Shown here piece after piece: positions 43,490-55,626 of a stretch of 64,000 nt of DNA. The translations under genes were made by a program, and so were the position numbers. The notes beneath the pieces were generated by a model. That model made no database searches and had not been told where the DNA came from. It saw only the letters and a program-made list of their open reading frames with translations. How positions within the stretch are numbered: the first letter of the stretch is position 1; each line of letters opens with the position of its first letter. Source of the stretch: Escherichia coli (lineage in GTDB: Bacteria > Pseudomonadota > Gammaproteobacteria > Enterobacterales > Enterobacteriaceae); the NCBI RefSeq assembly GCF_045037415.1, contig NZ_CP173438.1. One strand, written 5' to 3'.

Positions 43490-43526
43490 AATGCCTGATC
43501 GCACAAAGCAATCAGGCATTTTTTTA
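43490..43526. terminator. Bidirectional terminator between convergent ybjH and mdfA
   Basis: 10-bp stem aatgcctgat/atcaggcatt with 11-nt loop followed by a T7 run. Confidence 0.55.
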
Positions 43527-44756
43527 CCCTTCGTGCGAATTTCCCATCTGTTTATCTTTTAAAAAGATAACCATCAGCGACAGCCACAAAATGCCGTTGA
43601 CAAGGTTGAAGAGATTAAACAGTCCGTTGCCCCCGTTCAGCCAGGCATGTTTGCTGATTTCAATACCGACGGTAAAGATCAGCATTTGCAGCATCCCCAT
43701 CGCCGCAGAAACCGTACCTTTACTCATATCGCTGGCAAACAGGGTTAATCGCACCAGTCCCGCATTCGCCAGACCAATACCGAAAGCATAAATACTTAAC
43801 CCGGCGGTCATCCATAAATACGCGTGCGATGAGATAACCGTTGCCGCAGCAGCGACCAACAGACCAATCATAATCGGCCAGCCGCCCATAATAATCAGCG
43901 AACGTACGGTGCGGCGCGAGGTCAGACGCGCTAACAGCAAGTTACCCGCAATTAACGCCCCAAAAATAGGCACTTGCAGCAGGCCATATTCATAGCTGCT
44001 CAACTGCTCACCGGTAATAATGATAATCGGCGACTGGGCGATCCACGCCAGCAACGGCAGGCTAACGAATCCCAGCGCCAGCGCCCCCGCCACAAAGCGA
44101 CCGTTCTTCAGCACCAGCTTATAGTCACGACCGAGTTCTTTCAGCGACAGTTTCTCGCCTATACGCGTGGCGGTTTCAGGCATAGCTCGTTGCAGACCGA
44201 AAAAGGAGATCGCTGCCAATGCGGCAAACAAGACAAACATCCCTTCCCAGGGCAGCACATGGATCCACGCCGCGCCCACCAGCGGACCAAGTAGTGGAGC
44301 AATCAGCGCCACGTTCGCCATTAGCGCGGTGATCTTGATACAAACCGCCTCTTCGAAGGATTCCTGAATTGCGGCGTATCCCACAGCGCCAATGAAACAG
44401 AGGCTTATACCCTGCAAGAAGCGCAACAGGGTGAATTGTTCAATGTTTTGTGCCAGTAATATTGCCAGACAGGTGACGATAAACCACACCACTCCCGCCA
44501 GCATCACCGGACGGCGGCCAATACGATCCGACAACGGCCCCAGGAGCCATTGTAAAAACATCCCGCCCGCCAGATACGCAGTCATCGAAGTAGGAACCCA
44601 ATCAATGCCCGCCTGATATTGTTCCACCACGGCCAACATACCGGGTTGAATCATATCGTTGCCGATATAGGTTGAAAATTCGTAAAGCACCAGACAGAGA
44701 GGGAAAAGTAACGCCTGACGTCCAAGCCTGGCACCGGAAGCTAATTTATTTTGCAT
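43524..44756 (-). CDS. mdfA: Multidrug efflux MFS transporter MdfA (Cmr), 410 aa
   Basis: ORF 43524..44786; N-terminus [27 protein letters not shown] at ATG 44756. Confidence 0.92.
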
Positions 44757-45040
44757 GCAATTTCTTCGCCAATAATAATCGCGCAAAGTTTAATAAAAGC
44801 GCAGCTAACGAGAAAGCGAATTTTGTAGCTGAAACCACGGTTAAGCACATTCTTACATTATTGCGAGTATAGCTACGCTTTCTTTAAGTTTTATTTAACC
44901 TTTGCCCGTTACAATCACCTACCGTAAACAGGCCGCTTGAGGGAAATAAGACGATGCCGCTTTACCCAGTTTAACCTGCACTTTATTCTCAACGACTTGC
45001 CTGTATTGGCTCCCTTTTAATCACTTTGCGTCGGGAAGTT

Positions 45041-45637
45041 ATGCTGGAAAATTTGAATCTCTCTCTATTCTCTCTTATTAACGCAACGCCAGACTCTGCG
45101 CCGTGGATGATCTCGTTGGCGATTTTTATTGCTAAAGATTTGATTACCGTGGTGCCGTTGCTGGCCGCAGTACTTTGGTTGTGGGGGCTTACAGCACAAC
45201 GGCAACTGGTGATAAAAATCGCTATCGCGCTGGCGGTCAGCCTGTTTGTGTCCTGGACGATGGGACATCTTTTTCCGCACGACCGACCCTTTGTCGAAAA
45301 TATCGGCTATAACTTCCTGCATCATGCGGCGGATGACTCATTCCCGAGCGATCACGGTACGGTGATTTTCACCTTTGCACTGGCATTTTTATGCTGGCAT
45401 CGCCTGTGGTCCGGCTCACTTTTAATGGTGCTGGCCGTCGTCATTGCCTGGTCGCGCGTTTATCTTGGCGTCCACTGGCCGCTGGATATGCTCGGTGGAT
45501 TGCTGGCAGGTATGATTGGCTGCCTTAGCGCCCAGATTATCTGGCAAGCGATGGGGCATAAACTCTATCAACGTCTGCAATCGTGGTATCGCTTCTGTTT
45601 TGCATTACCGATCCGCAAAGGCTGGGTGCGTGACTGA
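45041..45637 (+). CDS. ybjG: Undecaprenyl-diphosphate phosphatase YbjG (PAP2 family)
   Basis: ORF 45026..45637; N-terminus MLENLNLSLFSL at ATG 45041; PAP2 motifs (PSDH, SRVYLGVHWPLD). Confidence 0.88.
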   Translation: MLENLNLSLFSLINATPDSAPWMISLAIFIAKDLITVVPLLAAVLWLWGLTAQRQLVIKIAIALAVSLFVSWTMGHLFPHDRPFVENIGYNFLHHAADDSFPSDHGTVIFTFALAFLCWHRLWSGSLLMVLAVVIAWSRVYLGVHWPLDMLGGLLAGMIGCLSAQIIWQAMGHKLYQRLQSWYRFCFALPIRKGWVRD

Positions 45638-45694
45638 TCTCTGCTAAAAAGTGTAGTATTGAGCGGCTCGCTTCAATAACTATTCAGAGGGATT

Positions 45695-46453
45695 ATGGAA
45701 ACACGTCGCGAAGAGCGTATCGGGCAGCTGCTGCAAGAATTAAAACGCAGCGATAAGTTACATCTTAAAGACGCCGCCGCCCTGCTTGGGGTTTCGGAGA
45801 TGACGATTCGTCGCGATCTGAACAACCACAGTGCGCCCGTCGTTTTGCTCGGCGGCTATATTGTTCTGGAACCACGCAGCGCCAGCCATTACCTGTTAAG
45901 CGATCAAAAATCCCGCCTGGTGGAAGAAAAACGCCGGGCGGCAAAACTGGCTGCGACGCTGGTAGAACCCGATCAGACCCTCTTTTTTGACTGTGGCACC
46001 ACCACGCCGTGGATTATTGAAGCAATTGATAATGAAATCCCTTTTACCGCCGTTTGTTATTCGCTAAATACTTTTCTGGCGCTGAAAGAGAAACCCCATT
46101 GCCGCGCGTTTCTTTGCGGTGGTGAATTTCACGCCAGCAACGCCATTTTCAAACCCATCGATTTTCAGCAAACACTGAATAATTTTTGCCCGGATATCGC
46201 TTTTTATTCCGCTGCGGGCGTGCATATCAGTAAAGGCGCTACCTGTTTTAATCTTGAAGAGTTGCCGGTAAAACACTGGGCCATGTCGATGGCGCAAAAG
46301 CATGTGCTGGTTGTCGACCACAGTAAATTTGGCAAGGTGCGTCCGGCGCGCATGGGTGACCTGAAACGCTTTGATATTGTTGTGAGCGATTGTTGCCCGG
46401 AAGATGAGTATGTGAAGTACGCGCAGACGCAGCGTATTAAGTTGATGTATTAA
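45695..46453 (+). CDS. deoR: DeoR-family transcriptional repressor of the deo operon
   Basis: 252-aa ORF with N-terminal HTH (LLGVSEMTIRRDL) and DeoR-type C-terminal domain. Confidence 0.9.
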   Translation: METRREERIGQLLQELKRSDKLHLKDAAALLGVSEMTIRRDLNNHSAPVVLLGGYIVLEPRSASHYLLSDQKSRLVEEKRRAAKLAATLVEPDQTLFFDCGTTTPWIIEAIDNEIPFTAVCYSLNTFLALKEKPHCRAFLCGGEFHASNAIFKPIDFQQTLNNFCPDIAFYSAAGVHISKGATCFNLEELPVKHWAMSMAQKHVLVVDHSKFGKVRPARMGDLKRFDIVVSDCCPEDEYVKYAQTQRIKLMY

Positions 46454-46461
46454 TGACGTAT

Positions 46462-46490
46462 AACCGGATGACGTTTCGCGCCATCCGGTT
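46462..46490. other. Hairpin between convergent deoR and dacC (possible terminator)
   Basis: 9-bp stem aaccggatg/catccggtt with 11-nt loop; no clear U-run on either strand. Confidence 0.3.
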
Positions 46491-46499
46491 ATCAGAAGA

Positions 46500-47702
46500 T
46501 TAAGAGAACCAGCTGCCGAACCACTGATGGAATTTCATCATCACGAAATCCCACATCCGACCAAAGAATCCGCCCTCTTCCACATTTTCCATCACGATCA
46601 GCGGACGCTGCTCAATGGATTTACCGTTAAGCTGGAAATCAATGGTGCCGACAACCTGACCTTTTTTCAGCGGTGCGGTAAGCTGCGGTTCCGTTAACGT
46701 ATAACTCGCCTTCAGGTTTTTCAGCTGCCCACGCGGTATGGTCACTGAGCCCGCTTCGCCTGCCCCGAGATTCACTTCGCTCTTATCACCAAACCAGACG
46801 CGCTGAGTCACAAATGTGGCATCAGGTTTAATTGGCGTCACGGTTTCAAAGAAGCGGAAACCCCAGGTCAATAATTTCTCAGACTCATTAAAACGGATAC
46901 GGTCAGTTTTCGCCCCCAGCACTACGGAGATTAAACGCATATCGCCCTGGGTAGCCGAAGCAACCAGATTATATCCCGCGCCTGCCGTGGTTCCTGTCTT
47001 CATGCCATCAACATTCAGATTGCTGCTCCACAGCAGACGATTACGGTTAGGCTGACGAATTTTGTTGAAGGTGAACTCTTTCTCTTTATGAATGGCGTAC
47101 TCTTCCGGCACATCGTGGATCAATGCTTTACCCAGCAATGCCATATCGCGCGCGGTACTGAACTGCCCCGGCGCATCCAGGCCGTGCACCGTCTGGAAGG
47201 TAGTGTTGGTCAGACCCAGTTTTTTGGCATAACCATTCATCAAACCAATAAATGACTCCTGGCTCCCGGCAACGTAATCAGCCAGCGCAATACAGGCGTC
47301 ATTACCGGACTGGATAATCACACCTTTGTTCAAGTCTGCCACCGAAACCTGATCGCCCGGTTTGAGGAACATTACCGATGAACCACGCAGTGCCGGATTT
47401 CCCGTCGCCCAGGCATCTTTACCGACCGTCACCATATCGGTGAGTTTAATTTTATCGGCCTTAAGCGCCTGCCCAACCACATAGCTGGTCATAATTTTAG
47501 TCAGGCTCGCGGGATCCAGTTTCTCATCCGCATTGCCTTCTGCCAGCACTTTACCGCTGGCGTAATCCATTAAAATCCATGCACGGGCATCCACGCTCGG
47601 CGCTTCAACGGTTTGTTCCGCCGCGAATGCCGTTGGGGCAAAAAGGAATAAAAATGCAGAACCCGCTGCAAGACCACGAAGGAGAGAGGAGTATTGCGTC
47701 AT
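46500..47702 (-). CDS. dacC: D-alanyl-D-alanine carboxypeptidase DacC (PBP6), 400 aa
   Basis: ORF 46500..47723; signal-peptide N-terminus [19 protein letters not shown] at ATG 47702; active-site SLTK. Confidence 0.92.
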   Translation of the reverse strand: MTQYSSLLRGLAAGSAFLFLFAPTAFAAEQTVEAPSVDARAWILMDYASGKVLAEGNADEKLDPASLTKIMTSYVVGQALKADKIKLTDMVTVGKDAWATGNPALRGSSVMFLKPGDQVSVADLNKGVIIQSGNDACIALADYVAGSQESFIGLMNGYAKKLGLTNTTFQTVHGLDAPGQFSTARDMALLGKALIHDVPEEYAIHKEKEFTFNKIRQPNRNRLLWSSNLNVDGMKTGTTAGAGYNLVASATQGDMRLISVVLGAKTDRIRFNESEKLLTWGFRFFETVTPIKPDATFVTQRVWFGDKSEVNLGAGEAGSVTIPRGQLKNLKASYTLTEPQLTAPLKKGQVVGTIDFQLNGKSIEQRPLIVMENVEEGGFFGRMWDFVMMKFHQWFGSWFS

Positions 47703-47948
47703 AAATGCCACCCGAGTATCCATTCAAAAAAAATACGTTATATCGCCGTATGATAAGTTCGGTGATTAATAACGCACACACAAACTTAAAGAAACCGTAA
47801 GTTGGTAAAGTTTTTAAAGTTTATGCAATATCCTGCCGCTTCGCTGCTTCTGGTGTCATTTTTTTGCCAGCTGTTGCTTAAAAGTTAACTTTACTTCACC
47901 ATCGGAGTCCTGTTTAGCCTGTGGCTGCCTGTCGGAAAAGGGGTGAGT

Positions 47949-48575
47949 ATGATTACGCTGTGGGGTCGGAATAATTCAACCAACGTAAAAAAAGTATTGC
48001 TGACGCTCGAAGAACTGGAACTACCTTATGAGCAAATTCTCGCGGGCCGTGAGTTTGGGATAAATCACGATACTGATTTTCTGGCGATGAACCCTAACGG
48101 GCTGGTGCCGTTGTTGCGTGACGACGAAAGTGATCTCATTCTTTGGGAATCAAACGCCATTGTCCGCTATCTGGCGGCACAGTACGGGCAAAAACGCCTG
48201 TGGATCGACTCACCGGCACGTCGTGCGGAAGCAGAAAAATGGATGGACTGGGCAAACCAGACGCTCAGTAATGCTCATCGCGGGATCCTGATGGGATTAG
48301 TCAGAACACCACCGGAAGAGCGCGATCAGGCCGCCATTGATGCCAGTTGCAAAGAGTGCGACGCCCTGTTTGCCCTGCTCGATGCGGAATTGGCAAAAGT
48401 AAAATGGTTCTCAGGCGACGAGTTTGGTGTGGGCGATATCGCTATCGCACCGTTCATCTACAATTTGTTTAACGTTGGCCTGACCTGGACACCGCGTCCA
48501 AATCTGCAACGCTGGTATCAGCAACTCACTGAACGCCCCGCAGTGCGCAAAGTGGTGATGATTCCCGTTAGCTAA
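47949..48575 (+). CDS. gstB: Glutathione S-transferase GstB (YliJ), 208 aa
   Basis: ORF 47943..48575; N-terminus [16 protein letters not shown] at ATG 47949. Confidence 0.9.
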   Translation: MITLWGRNNSTNVKKVLLTLEELELPYEQILAGREFGINHDTDFLAMNPNGLVPLLRDDESDLILWESNAIVRYLAAQYGQKRLWIDSPARRAEAEKWMDWANQTLSNAHRGILMGLVRTPPEERDQAAIDASCKECDALFALLDAELAKVKWFSGDEFGVGDIAIAPFIYNLFNVGLTWTPRPNLQRWYQQLTERPAVRKVVMIPVS

Positions 48576-49687
48576 TTGCGTGGGCTAACTTTAAGTAATT
48601 CCCCACTGGACTCGTCGGTGAGAACGTATAAATAACCGTCGGGTCCAGTGCGAACATCACGAATTCGTTGCCCTCTGTCCGTTAAAATACGGCCATCTTC
48701 TGTCACTTTGTCGCCGTTGACGCTCATCACAATGACATCTTTATCTTTCAGCGCGCCAATAAATAATTTTTGCTGCCACTGGGGGAATTTGTCGCTGTTA
48801 TAGAAAGCCATGCCGCTCACGGCGGGCGAATCTTTCCAGTAAAAAACAGGTTGCTCGGTCCCGGCGACGATCTCCCCTTTCGCTTCCGGTATCTTAAAGC
48901 CCGAATAGTTGATTCCCCAGGTTGCCAGCGGCCAGCCGTAGTTTTTGCCTTTTTGCGGAATATTAATTTCATCACCACCGCGCGGGCCATGTTCATTCAG
49001 CCATAGTGCATTACTCCACGGATTCATCGCCATTCCTTGCGGATTACGAATGCCATAAGACCAGATCTCGGCGCGCACACCGGATTCCTTTATAAAAGGA
49101 TTATCATCCGGGATTTCTCCCAGGTCGGTCAGACGCACCAGTTTGCCCTGTAATTTATCCAGATCCTGCGCCGTCGGGCGCTGATTGTTTTCGCCCAGAG
49201 CAATAAAAAGATAACCTTTACCGTCAAATACCATCCGCCCGCCAAAATGGTTGCCGGTAGACAGTTTTGGCATCTGACGAAAGACGGTGCGGAAGTCGGT
49301 CACTTTTGAGAGATCATCACTTAAGCGACCATAACCCACAGCAGTTCCGGCTTTGCCATCATCGCCAACTTCGGAATAACTTAACCAGATGCGGCGCGAC
49401 TGAGCAAAATCGGGCGCTAAAACCACGTCCAGCAGGCCGCCCTGCCCGTGCGCCCAAACGTCCGGCACTCCGGAAAGCGGCGCAGATAATCCTTTTCCTG
49501 CTTGCCAGTGACGCAACTCGCCGCCGCGCAGAGTGATTAACATACCGTGATTATCGGGTAAAAAGGCCAGCGCCCAGGGATGGTCGAGTTTGTCTTGCAG
49601 TACTTCGACATTTACCGTTGCAGGAGCCGCCCAGAGAGCGGAAGAAAGACAAATAAGGGGCACAAGGAAAAAGGATTGTCGATGCAT
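48572..49687 (-). CDS. yliI: Soluble aldose sugar dehydrogenase YliI (PQQ-dependent beta-propeller)
   Basis: 371-aa ORF with signal peptide; stop overlaps the gstB stop convergently. Confidence 0.9.
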   Translation of the reverse strand: MHRQSFFLVPLICLSSALWAAPATVNVEVLQDKLDHPWALAFLPDNHGMLITLRGGELRHWQAGKGLSAPLSGVPDVWAHGQGGLLDVVLAPDFAQSRRIWLSYSEVGDDGKAGTAVGYGRLSDDLSKVTDFRTVFRQMPKLSTGNHFGGRMVFDGKGYLFIALGENNQRPTAQDLDKLQGKLVRLTDLGEIPDDNPFIKESGVRAEIWSYGIRNPQGMAMNPWSNALWLNEHGPRGGDEINIPQKGKNYGWPLATWGINYSGFKIPEAKGEIVAGTEQPVFYWKDSPAVSGMAFYNSDKFPQWQQKLFIGALKDKDVIVMSVNGDKVTEDGRILTDRGQRIRDVRTGPDGYLYVLTDESSGELLKVSPRN

Positions 49688-49797
49688 AACGCCTCCGGAT
49701 TGACTCTGGCTTAAAGCGTAGTCAGTGGAGGAGAGAACAAATTCATTTTTACAAAAACTTAAACATGAAGGGGGAGACGCTTTCTCCCCCTTAGTTT

Positions 49798-50181
49798 TCA
49801 GGCCTTCTCAAGCATGGCGTGCTTCTGCAGGCTCTGGATACTCAGCGTTAAGCTCATCAGACAATTTTCAAGCTTATCGGCGTTGACGGTAATAACAGTC
49901 GGGCAATCATGGTGCCCACTCATCAAACATACTGCGGCTGTCGCTAATGCTTCTTCAGCATGATGAAGAGCACTCCACTCTTCCTGATCCAGATGAAGAT
50001 TCAACCGCAGCGATTTATCGTGCAGTTCGCGATTCAGTTTAAAAAAGTTATCTCGTAGATGATTGCTTTCGCTGACGGACATGTATCCTTTTGCCTTCCT
50101 CAGTTGCACGTATGCGGCGAGGTCAACGCGTGCGTCGATCAACCGGTTCAGCAGGTCGATTCGCTGTCTGTCAACGAACAT
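49798..50181 (-). CDS. bssR: Biofilm regulator BssR (YliH), 127 aa
   Basis: ORF 49798..50214; N-terminus MFVDRQRIDLLNRLIDARV at ATG 50181. Confidence 0.85.
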   Translation of the reverse strand: MFVDRQRIDLLNRLIDARVDLAAYVQLRKAKGYMSVSESNHLRDNFFKLNRELHDKSLRLNLHLDQEEWSALHHAEEALATAAVCLMSGHHDCPTVITVNADKLENCLMSLTLSIQSLQKHAMLEKA

Positions 50182-50393
50182 ACTTCGATCCTCCTCTTTC
50201 CAGCCTTGTTGCAATTAAATAGTATGGCTGTTTTTTGAGCAAAATGCTGTCCAGGATCAATTCTTCACGCCGAATTAACAAAATTTACATTTCCTTCAAC
50301 TCCGCCAGCGAATGAGATTGCGATACAAATTTTATCCAGAACTCTGTAGAATCCCTGCCCTGACCTTTCCTGTAACTGAATATTTTTTAAGCT

Positions 50394-51719
50394 ATGAGCA
50401 AAGTAACTCCCCAGCCGAAAATCGGCTTTGTTTCCCTTGGCTGCCCGAAAAACCTTGTCGATTCAGAGCGTATTCTCACCGAACTACGCACTGAAGGTTA
50501 TGACGTGGTACCGAGCTATGACGATGCGGACATGGTGATCGTCAACACCTGCGGCTTTATTGACAGCGCGGTACAAGAATCACTGGAAGCCATTGGTGAA
50601 GCGTTGAATGAAAACGGCAAGGTAATTGTGACCGGTTGTCTGGGGGCAAAAGAAGATCAGATCCGCGAAGTCCACCCGAAAGTGCTGGAAATCACCGGGC
50701 CTCATAGCTATGAGCAGGTTCTGGAGCACGTTCATCACTACGTGCCAAAACCGAAACACAACCCGTTCCTGAGCCTGGTGCCAGAACAAGGTGTGAAACT
50801 GACGCCGCGTCATTATGCTTATCTGAAAATTTCTGAAGGCTGTAATCACCGCTGCACCTTCTGCATTATTCCGTCTATGCGCGGCGATCTGGTGAGCCGT
50901 CCGATTGGCGAAGTGTTAAGTGAAGCGAAACGTCTGGTTGATGCGGGCGTTAAAGAAATTCTGGTGATCTCGCAGGATACTTCCGCGTATGGCGTCGATG
51001 TTAAACATCGTACTGGCTTCCACAACGGCGAGCCGGTAAAAACCAGCATGGTCAGCCTGTGCGAACAGTTATCGAAACTGGGGATCTGGACACGTCTGCA
51101 CTACGTTTACCCTTATCCGCATGTGGACGACGTCATCCCACTGATGGCAGAGGGCAAAATCCTGCCGTATCTGGACATTCCGTTGCAGCACGCCAGCCCG
51201 CGCATTCTCAAACTGATGAAGCGTCCGGGTTCTGTAGATCGCCAACTGGCGCGCATCAAACAGTGGCGCGAAATCTGCCCGGAACTGACCCTACGCTCAA
51301 CCTTTATTGTTGGCTTCCCTGGCGAGACGGAAGAAGATTTCCAGATGCTACTCGACTTCCTGAAAGAAGCACGTCTGGATCGCGTTGGCTGCTTTAAATA
51401 CAGCCCGGTTGAAGGTGCAGACGCCAATGCCCTGCCTGACCAGGTTCCGGAAGAAGTGAAAGAAGAACGCTGGAACCGTTTCATGCAGCTGCAGCAGCAG
51501 ATTTCCGCCGAGCGCCTGCAAGAGAAAGTGGGTCGTGAAATTCTGGTGATTATCGACGAAGTGGACGAAGAAGGCGCGATTGGTCGCAGCATGGCAGATG
51601 CACCGGAAATCGACGGCGCGGTTTATCTCAATGGTGAAACCAACGTTAAGCCGGGTGATATCCTGCGAGTGAAAGTCGAGCACGCCGATGAGTACGATTT
51701 GTGGGGTAGCCGGGTTTAA
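50394..51719 (+). CDS. rimO: Ribosomal protein S12 methylthiotransferase RimO (radical SAM)
   Basis: 441-aa ORF; radical-SAM motif CNHRCTFC; N-terminal MTTase domain. Confidence 0.95.
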
Positions 51720-51725
51720 TTAATT

Positions 51726-51756
51726 CAGGCCGGGCAAAATCATTTGTCCGGCCTGC
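51726..51756 (+). terminator. Terminator-like hairpin after rimO
   Basis: Stem caggccgggcaaa/tttgtccggcctg (one mismatch); weak U-run. Confidence 0.35.
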
Positions 51757-51765
51757 GAATAATGA

Positions 51766-53094
51766 TTACTGCCAGCTAATCTGCGCCCTGCCGTTTTTCT
51801 TACTCTTATACAGCCGCTCATCCGCCAGCATTTTCAATCGTTCGACGGTAGTACATTCATTTGAATGCGCTACACCGATACTGGTGCTTAAATTAATGCT
51901 TCCCACCTGGAAATGAACGATTTCTTTTAGAATCGATAGCAACTCTTCCAGCGTGCCGCCAGTATAAATCACCGCAAATTCGTCACCTCCGAAGCGGTAG
52001 ACTTTACCTTTATCTACCGGGATCTGTGATTTAAGGATTTTCACCACTTTCATCAACACTTCATCGCCCAGCAAATGACCGAAGGTGTCGTTAATGTTTT
52101 TGAATTTATCGACGTCAAACAGGCACAAATAACCGCCTTTTTCCGGCAGCGCTTTTAAATCTTCGTCAAAGGATTTTCTGCCCATCGCTTTGGTCAGGTC
52201 GTCCAGGAATGCCGAGTTATACATACTGTAGAGTTTTTTGACATCGGCAGCCGAAAAGAAAAGCCCGCCATCCAGTACGCGTTCAAAATGGTTATTAATA
52301 ATGGCTTCTTTCTCCACAATACCACGATTAATCACTCTGCGTACCAGATAGAGGCAACTGGCACCCGATATCACTGCCACCAATGCGGCAAAGAAAATAA
52401 TCAATGTACATACCTGAAAATAAACGTCTTTTTTATAAGCAAATACGTACAATCCGGTCGGCAAATAGGAGAAGTGCTCCATTGCTTCCGAAACGGTGAA
52501 GATGGCGTTTTTAGCGTTATATTCATCACCGGTCACCGATTTACCGTTCTTGAACAGGGAGAACATCAGGTTCTCGCTATCCATCGCCAGCGATTTTGAC
52601 AGTAAAGAAAAACGTTCCAGACCAAGCAAAAATATCAGACTACGATTGTGAGTTACCGGATAGAGGTAATAGACGAAGGTTTTACCATCAAAAGAGATAA
52701 ACCCTGTATTTTTGACATGTCGATACTTAACAACCTGCATAATATCTGCACAATAATTTTTCTCAAACTCCTTTACCTGAATACATTCGTCACTGGAAAT
52801 CAGATAAGGACCGACATCGTACAAATAAGAGGGTGAAACCGAGTCGGCGTAAGCTGTGCGTAAGCCAACCAACAGCTGTTCCTCCGTAGGATTTAGCGTG
52901 TTGATCAGATCAATTGCCACACTCCGCCGATATTCAGCAATATTTGCCACCGCAAAAGCAGTATCAATAACGGACTGTTTCAGGCCATACACCCGTTCCT
53001 TTACCATTTGAGTGTAGATCCCGCAGGCAACTGCTGAAATCATGATAAAAATCAGCAGACTGACTGTAAGTACGAATTTATTGATTCTGGACAT
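51766..53094 (-). CDS. dgcI: Diguanylate cyclase DgcI (YliF), membrane-anchored GGDEF protein
   Basis: 442-aa ORF; GGDEF active site (RFGGDEF); N-terminal TM segments; 8 nt downstream of pdeI. Confidence 0.9.
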   Translation of the reverse strand: MSRINKFVLTVSLLIFIMISAVACGIYTQMVKERVYGLKQSVIDTAFAVANIAEYRRSVAIDLINTLNPTEEQLLVGLRTAYADSVSPSYLYDVGPYLISSDECIQVKEFEKNYCADIMQVVKYRHVKNTGFISFDGKTFVYYLYPVTHNRSLIFLLGLERFSLLSKSLAMDSENLMFSLFKNGKSVTGDEYNAKNAIFTVSEAMEHFSYLPTGLYVFAYKKDVYFQVCTLIIFFAALVAVISGASCLYLVRRVINRGIVEKEAIINNHFERVLDGGLFFSAADVKKLYSMYNSAFLDDLTKAMGRKSFDEDLKALPEKGGYLCLFDVDKFKNINDTFGHLLGDEVLMKVVKILKSQIPVDKGKVYRFGGDEFAVIYTGGTLEELLSILKEIVHFQVGSINLSTSIGVAHSNECTTVERLKMLADERLYKSKKNGRAQISWQ

Positions 53095-53101
53095 ACGTAA
53101 A

Positions 53102-55450
53102 CTACTCTTTTACTAATTTTCCACTTTTATCCCAGGCGGAGAATGGCATGGGTTTCTGGTACAGATACCCCTGAGCCTGAACACATCCTAATTTGATTAA
53201 TTCACGCGCAACGTCTTCGCTCTCTACGCCTTCCGCAATCACCGGGATCCGGTTATAGCGTGCCAGATCGAAAATAATGCGCACAATTTTTCCCGCAGTA
53301 CCGAAAATATCGCCGGTAAATTGCGAATCCACCTTTATACTGTCTGGATTAATTTCATAAAAACGTTTCAGGTTTGACAAACCGGTGCCAAAGTCATCAA
53401 TCGATACCCGTACCCCTTGTTTACGCAGTTGTTCAATATTGAGATAGAAATGTTCATTAATTCGCTCGATCACGGTTTCGGTGATCTCAACACAAAGGCT
53501 GTTCGCCTTCAGGCCATTTTCTTTCATGATGGTAGTAAAACGCTCATGAAAGTGTGGTTCGTTTAACTGCCAGGGCGAAACATTAATATGCAGTAAGAAA
53601 TCATCCTTCAGCGACGCACGCTGACTAAAATGTCTGAATTCACCCATCGCGGTTTTAATAATTTGATAGCCCAGCTCATTGATAAACCCGATATCTTCAG
53701 CAATGGTAATGAACTTCAGCGGTGAAATAATCCCCCGCTCCGCAGACACCCAACGGCACAACGCCTCCGCGCCCAAAATGGTGCGGGTGTTAATATCAAC
53801 AATCGGTTGATAGACCAGGAATAGTTCGCCAATTTCCATTGCATGGCGAATATTACGCGCAATCCAGATATTCTCTTCTATTTCGTTGAGTTTCGCATCA
53901 TCACAGAAAATAAACTCTGAGAACATATGGTTGCGGATACTGGAAATCGCCAGTTTCAGCTTTTCTGCGTAACTCCAGGCGTTTTCCCCCTGCAAAGGTT
54001 CACAAATAGCAGACTTATGGATGCGCAGATTGCGGTAGCCAAAACTGCTGTCAAAATCGTTTACCGTCGCTATCTTACGGGTAAACGTCTGTACATTTTC
54101 CCGGCACAGGAGTAAATAGAGATCGGCATTAAATGTCACGATATCGCAGCATTGCGCATATTTCTCGGCAATTCGCTGACACAATTTCCTGACGATTTTA
54201 TTGCGTTCATCAACACCAAACACCGCTTCCACAGCTTCCAGACCACACAGTTTGATGATCCCCACAGCCAGATACTGATTATTGTTGGACTCAATAATCG
54301 CCATATTTTTAATAAAACCGCTTTCCTGATCGTAAGAGATCAGCGAGAGCAATTTATTTGCCCGTTCAATTTCAGCATCTTTCATTTCCGCGATCGAATT
54401 TTTGATGCTGATAATCTCTTTCGCATCGCCTTCACGAATCTTCAGGGCCTCGATTTGATCCGTAGAGTCAGGCAAAAACGCCAGCGTATTGACCAAATCT
54501 GTCATTTCAGAAAATTGACGACGGAAAACTCGAGTGGTCATTAAATAAACCACCAGCAATACGATAATAATGAAAGCAAACGGCAGATAAAAAAGTTTAT
54601 CTGATGCGTTCAATAAATTACCACCAGGATAATAAAAATAGATTTCGAATAATGCGTTGTTTGGCACCGCTGATGTTTTTTCAATATATTCCGTATCGAC
54701 AGAATCAATAATATTATAATTACCTTCGCTATTATAAATAATCAATTTTTCACGAGCGAGTTGATTCTTAGCAATGATCTCATGACCTTGCTTTAAAAAT
54801 AGAACTTCATCATTAGCGCTGATGTGATCAAGATACTCGTTCAGATATCGCCAGTTTAAATCGACATGAATTTTATCTACCGCTAACAAATCATGATCTT
54901 TGCCGTTGATGTGTAGCGTAAAAGAGATACATTTTTTACCCGGACGATCAAAGCAATTGTATGCCGGGTTCCAGCTGTTGTTAGAGTCATCTGAAGCCAT
55001 CGACCACGGTCGTTTCGATGGGTTAAAATCGGCAAAAATAACCCGCCCTGACTCGTCGACAAGCGGTCCATTTACTTGTTCCTGATGATAAACAACGATT
55101 TTATCATTCGCCCTCCGCGAAAAGAGATAATATTTATTATCATCAAGTACCAGTCCCACCGAGTCTAAAAATGGCATCATTTCCATTTTCAGAATCACGG
55201 CACGTTGAATCTCCTCTGTATTTTTTAATAAATACAGTGAGTCCTTTAATGTCAGGGCCGAACGTTCAATATCTTTAAAGAAATAGCCAACGTTTTTCTG
55301 AATAAGTTCAAAGCGGCTATCGGCACGTTTTACCGCGCGTTCCGATACCAGTTGATAGTTAATGATGAAAAAAAGACCAATAAATGACAATGCTGCCAAT
55401 AAAAATAAAATTATCAGCCTTATCTTTATCTTTTCGTATAAACTCAGCAT
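53102..55450 (-). CDS. pdeI: c-di-GMP phosphodiesterase PdeI (YliE), membrane-anchored EAL protein
   Basis: 782-aa ORF; N-terminal TM segments with periplasmic region; C-terminal EAL domain (GAEALCRW). Confidence 0.9.
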   Translation of the reverse strand: MLSLYEKIKIRLIILFLLAALSFIGLFFIINYQLVSERAVKRADSRFELIQKNVGYFFKDIERSALTLKDSLYLLKNTEEIQRAVILKMEMMPFLDSVGLVLDDNKYYLFSRRANDKIVVYHQEQVNGPLVDESGRVIFADFNPSKRPWSMASDDSNNSWNPAYNCFDRPGKKCISFTLHINGKDHDLLAVDKIHVDLNWRYLNEYLDHISANDEVLFLKQGHEIIAKNQLAREKLIIYNSEGNYNIIDSVDTEYIEKTSAVPNNALFEIYFYYPGGNLLNASDKLFYLPFAFIIIVLLVVYLMTTRVFRRQFSEMTDLVNTLAFLPDSTDQIEALKIREGDAKEIISIKNSIAEMKDAEIERANKLLSLISYDQESGFIKNMAIIESNNNQYLAVGIIKLCGLEAVEAVFGVDERNKIVRKLCQRIAEKYAQCCDIVTFNADLYLLLCRENVQTFTRKIATVNDFDSSFGYRNLRIHKSAICEPLQGENAWSYAEKLKLAISSIRNHMFSEFIFCDDAKLNEIEENIWIARNIRHAMEIGELFLVYQPIVDINTRTILGAEALCRWVSAERGIISPLKFITIAEDIGFINELGYQIIKTAMGEFRHFSQRASLKDDFLLHINVSPWQLNEPHFHERFTTIMKENGLKANSLCVEITETVIERINEHFYLNIEQLRKQGVRVSIDDFGTGLSNLKRFYEINPDSIKVDSQFTGDIFGTAGKIVRIIFDLARYNRIPVIAEGVESEDVARELIKLGCVQAQGYLYQKPMPFSAWDKSGKLVKE

Positions 55451-55487
55451 GTTAATACATTTAAAAAAATAACTGTCTGAACGCTGT

Positions 55488-55521
55488 GCCGCTGCAAAAT
55501 AGTCCCTTGCTGCGGCTTTTT
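55488..55521 (+). other. Terminator-like hairpin with T-run in the gsiD-pdeI intergenic region, plus-strand orientation
   Basis: gccgctgcaa/ttgctgcggc stem (one mismatch) followed by ttttt; no plus-strand gene ends here. Confidence 0.35.
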
Positions 55522-55626
55522 AACCAAATTACCCGATTCTACAAAATCAGCAGAAAGTTACAACACTTGCTTAGGGCAATAATTTCCTGTGAGGTGATTA
55601 CCCTTTCAAGCAATATTCAAACGTAA

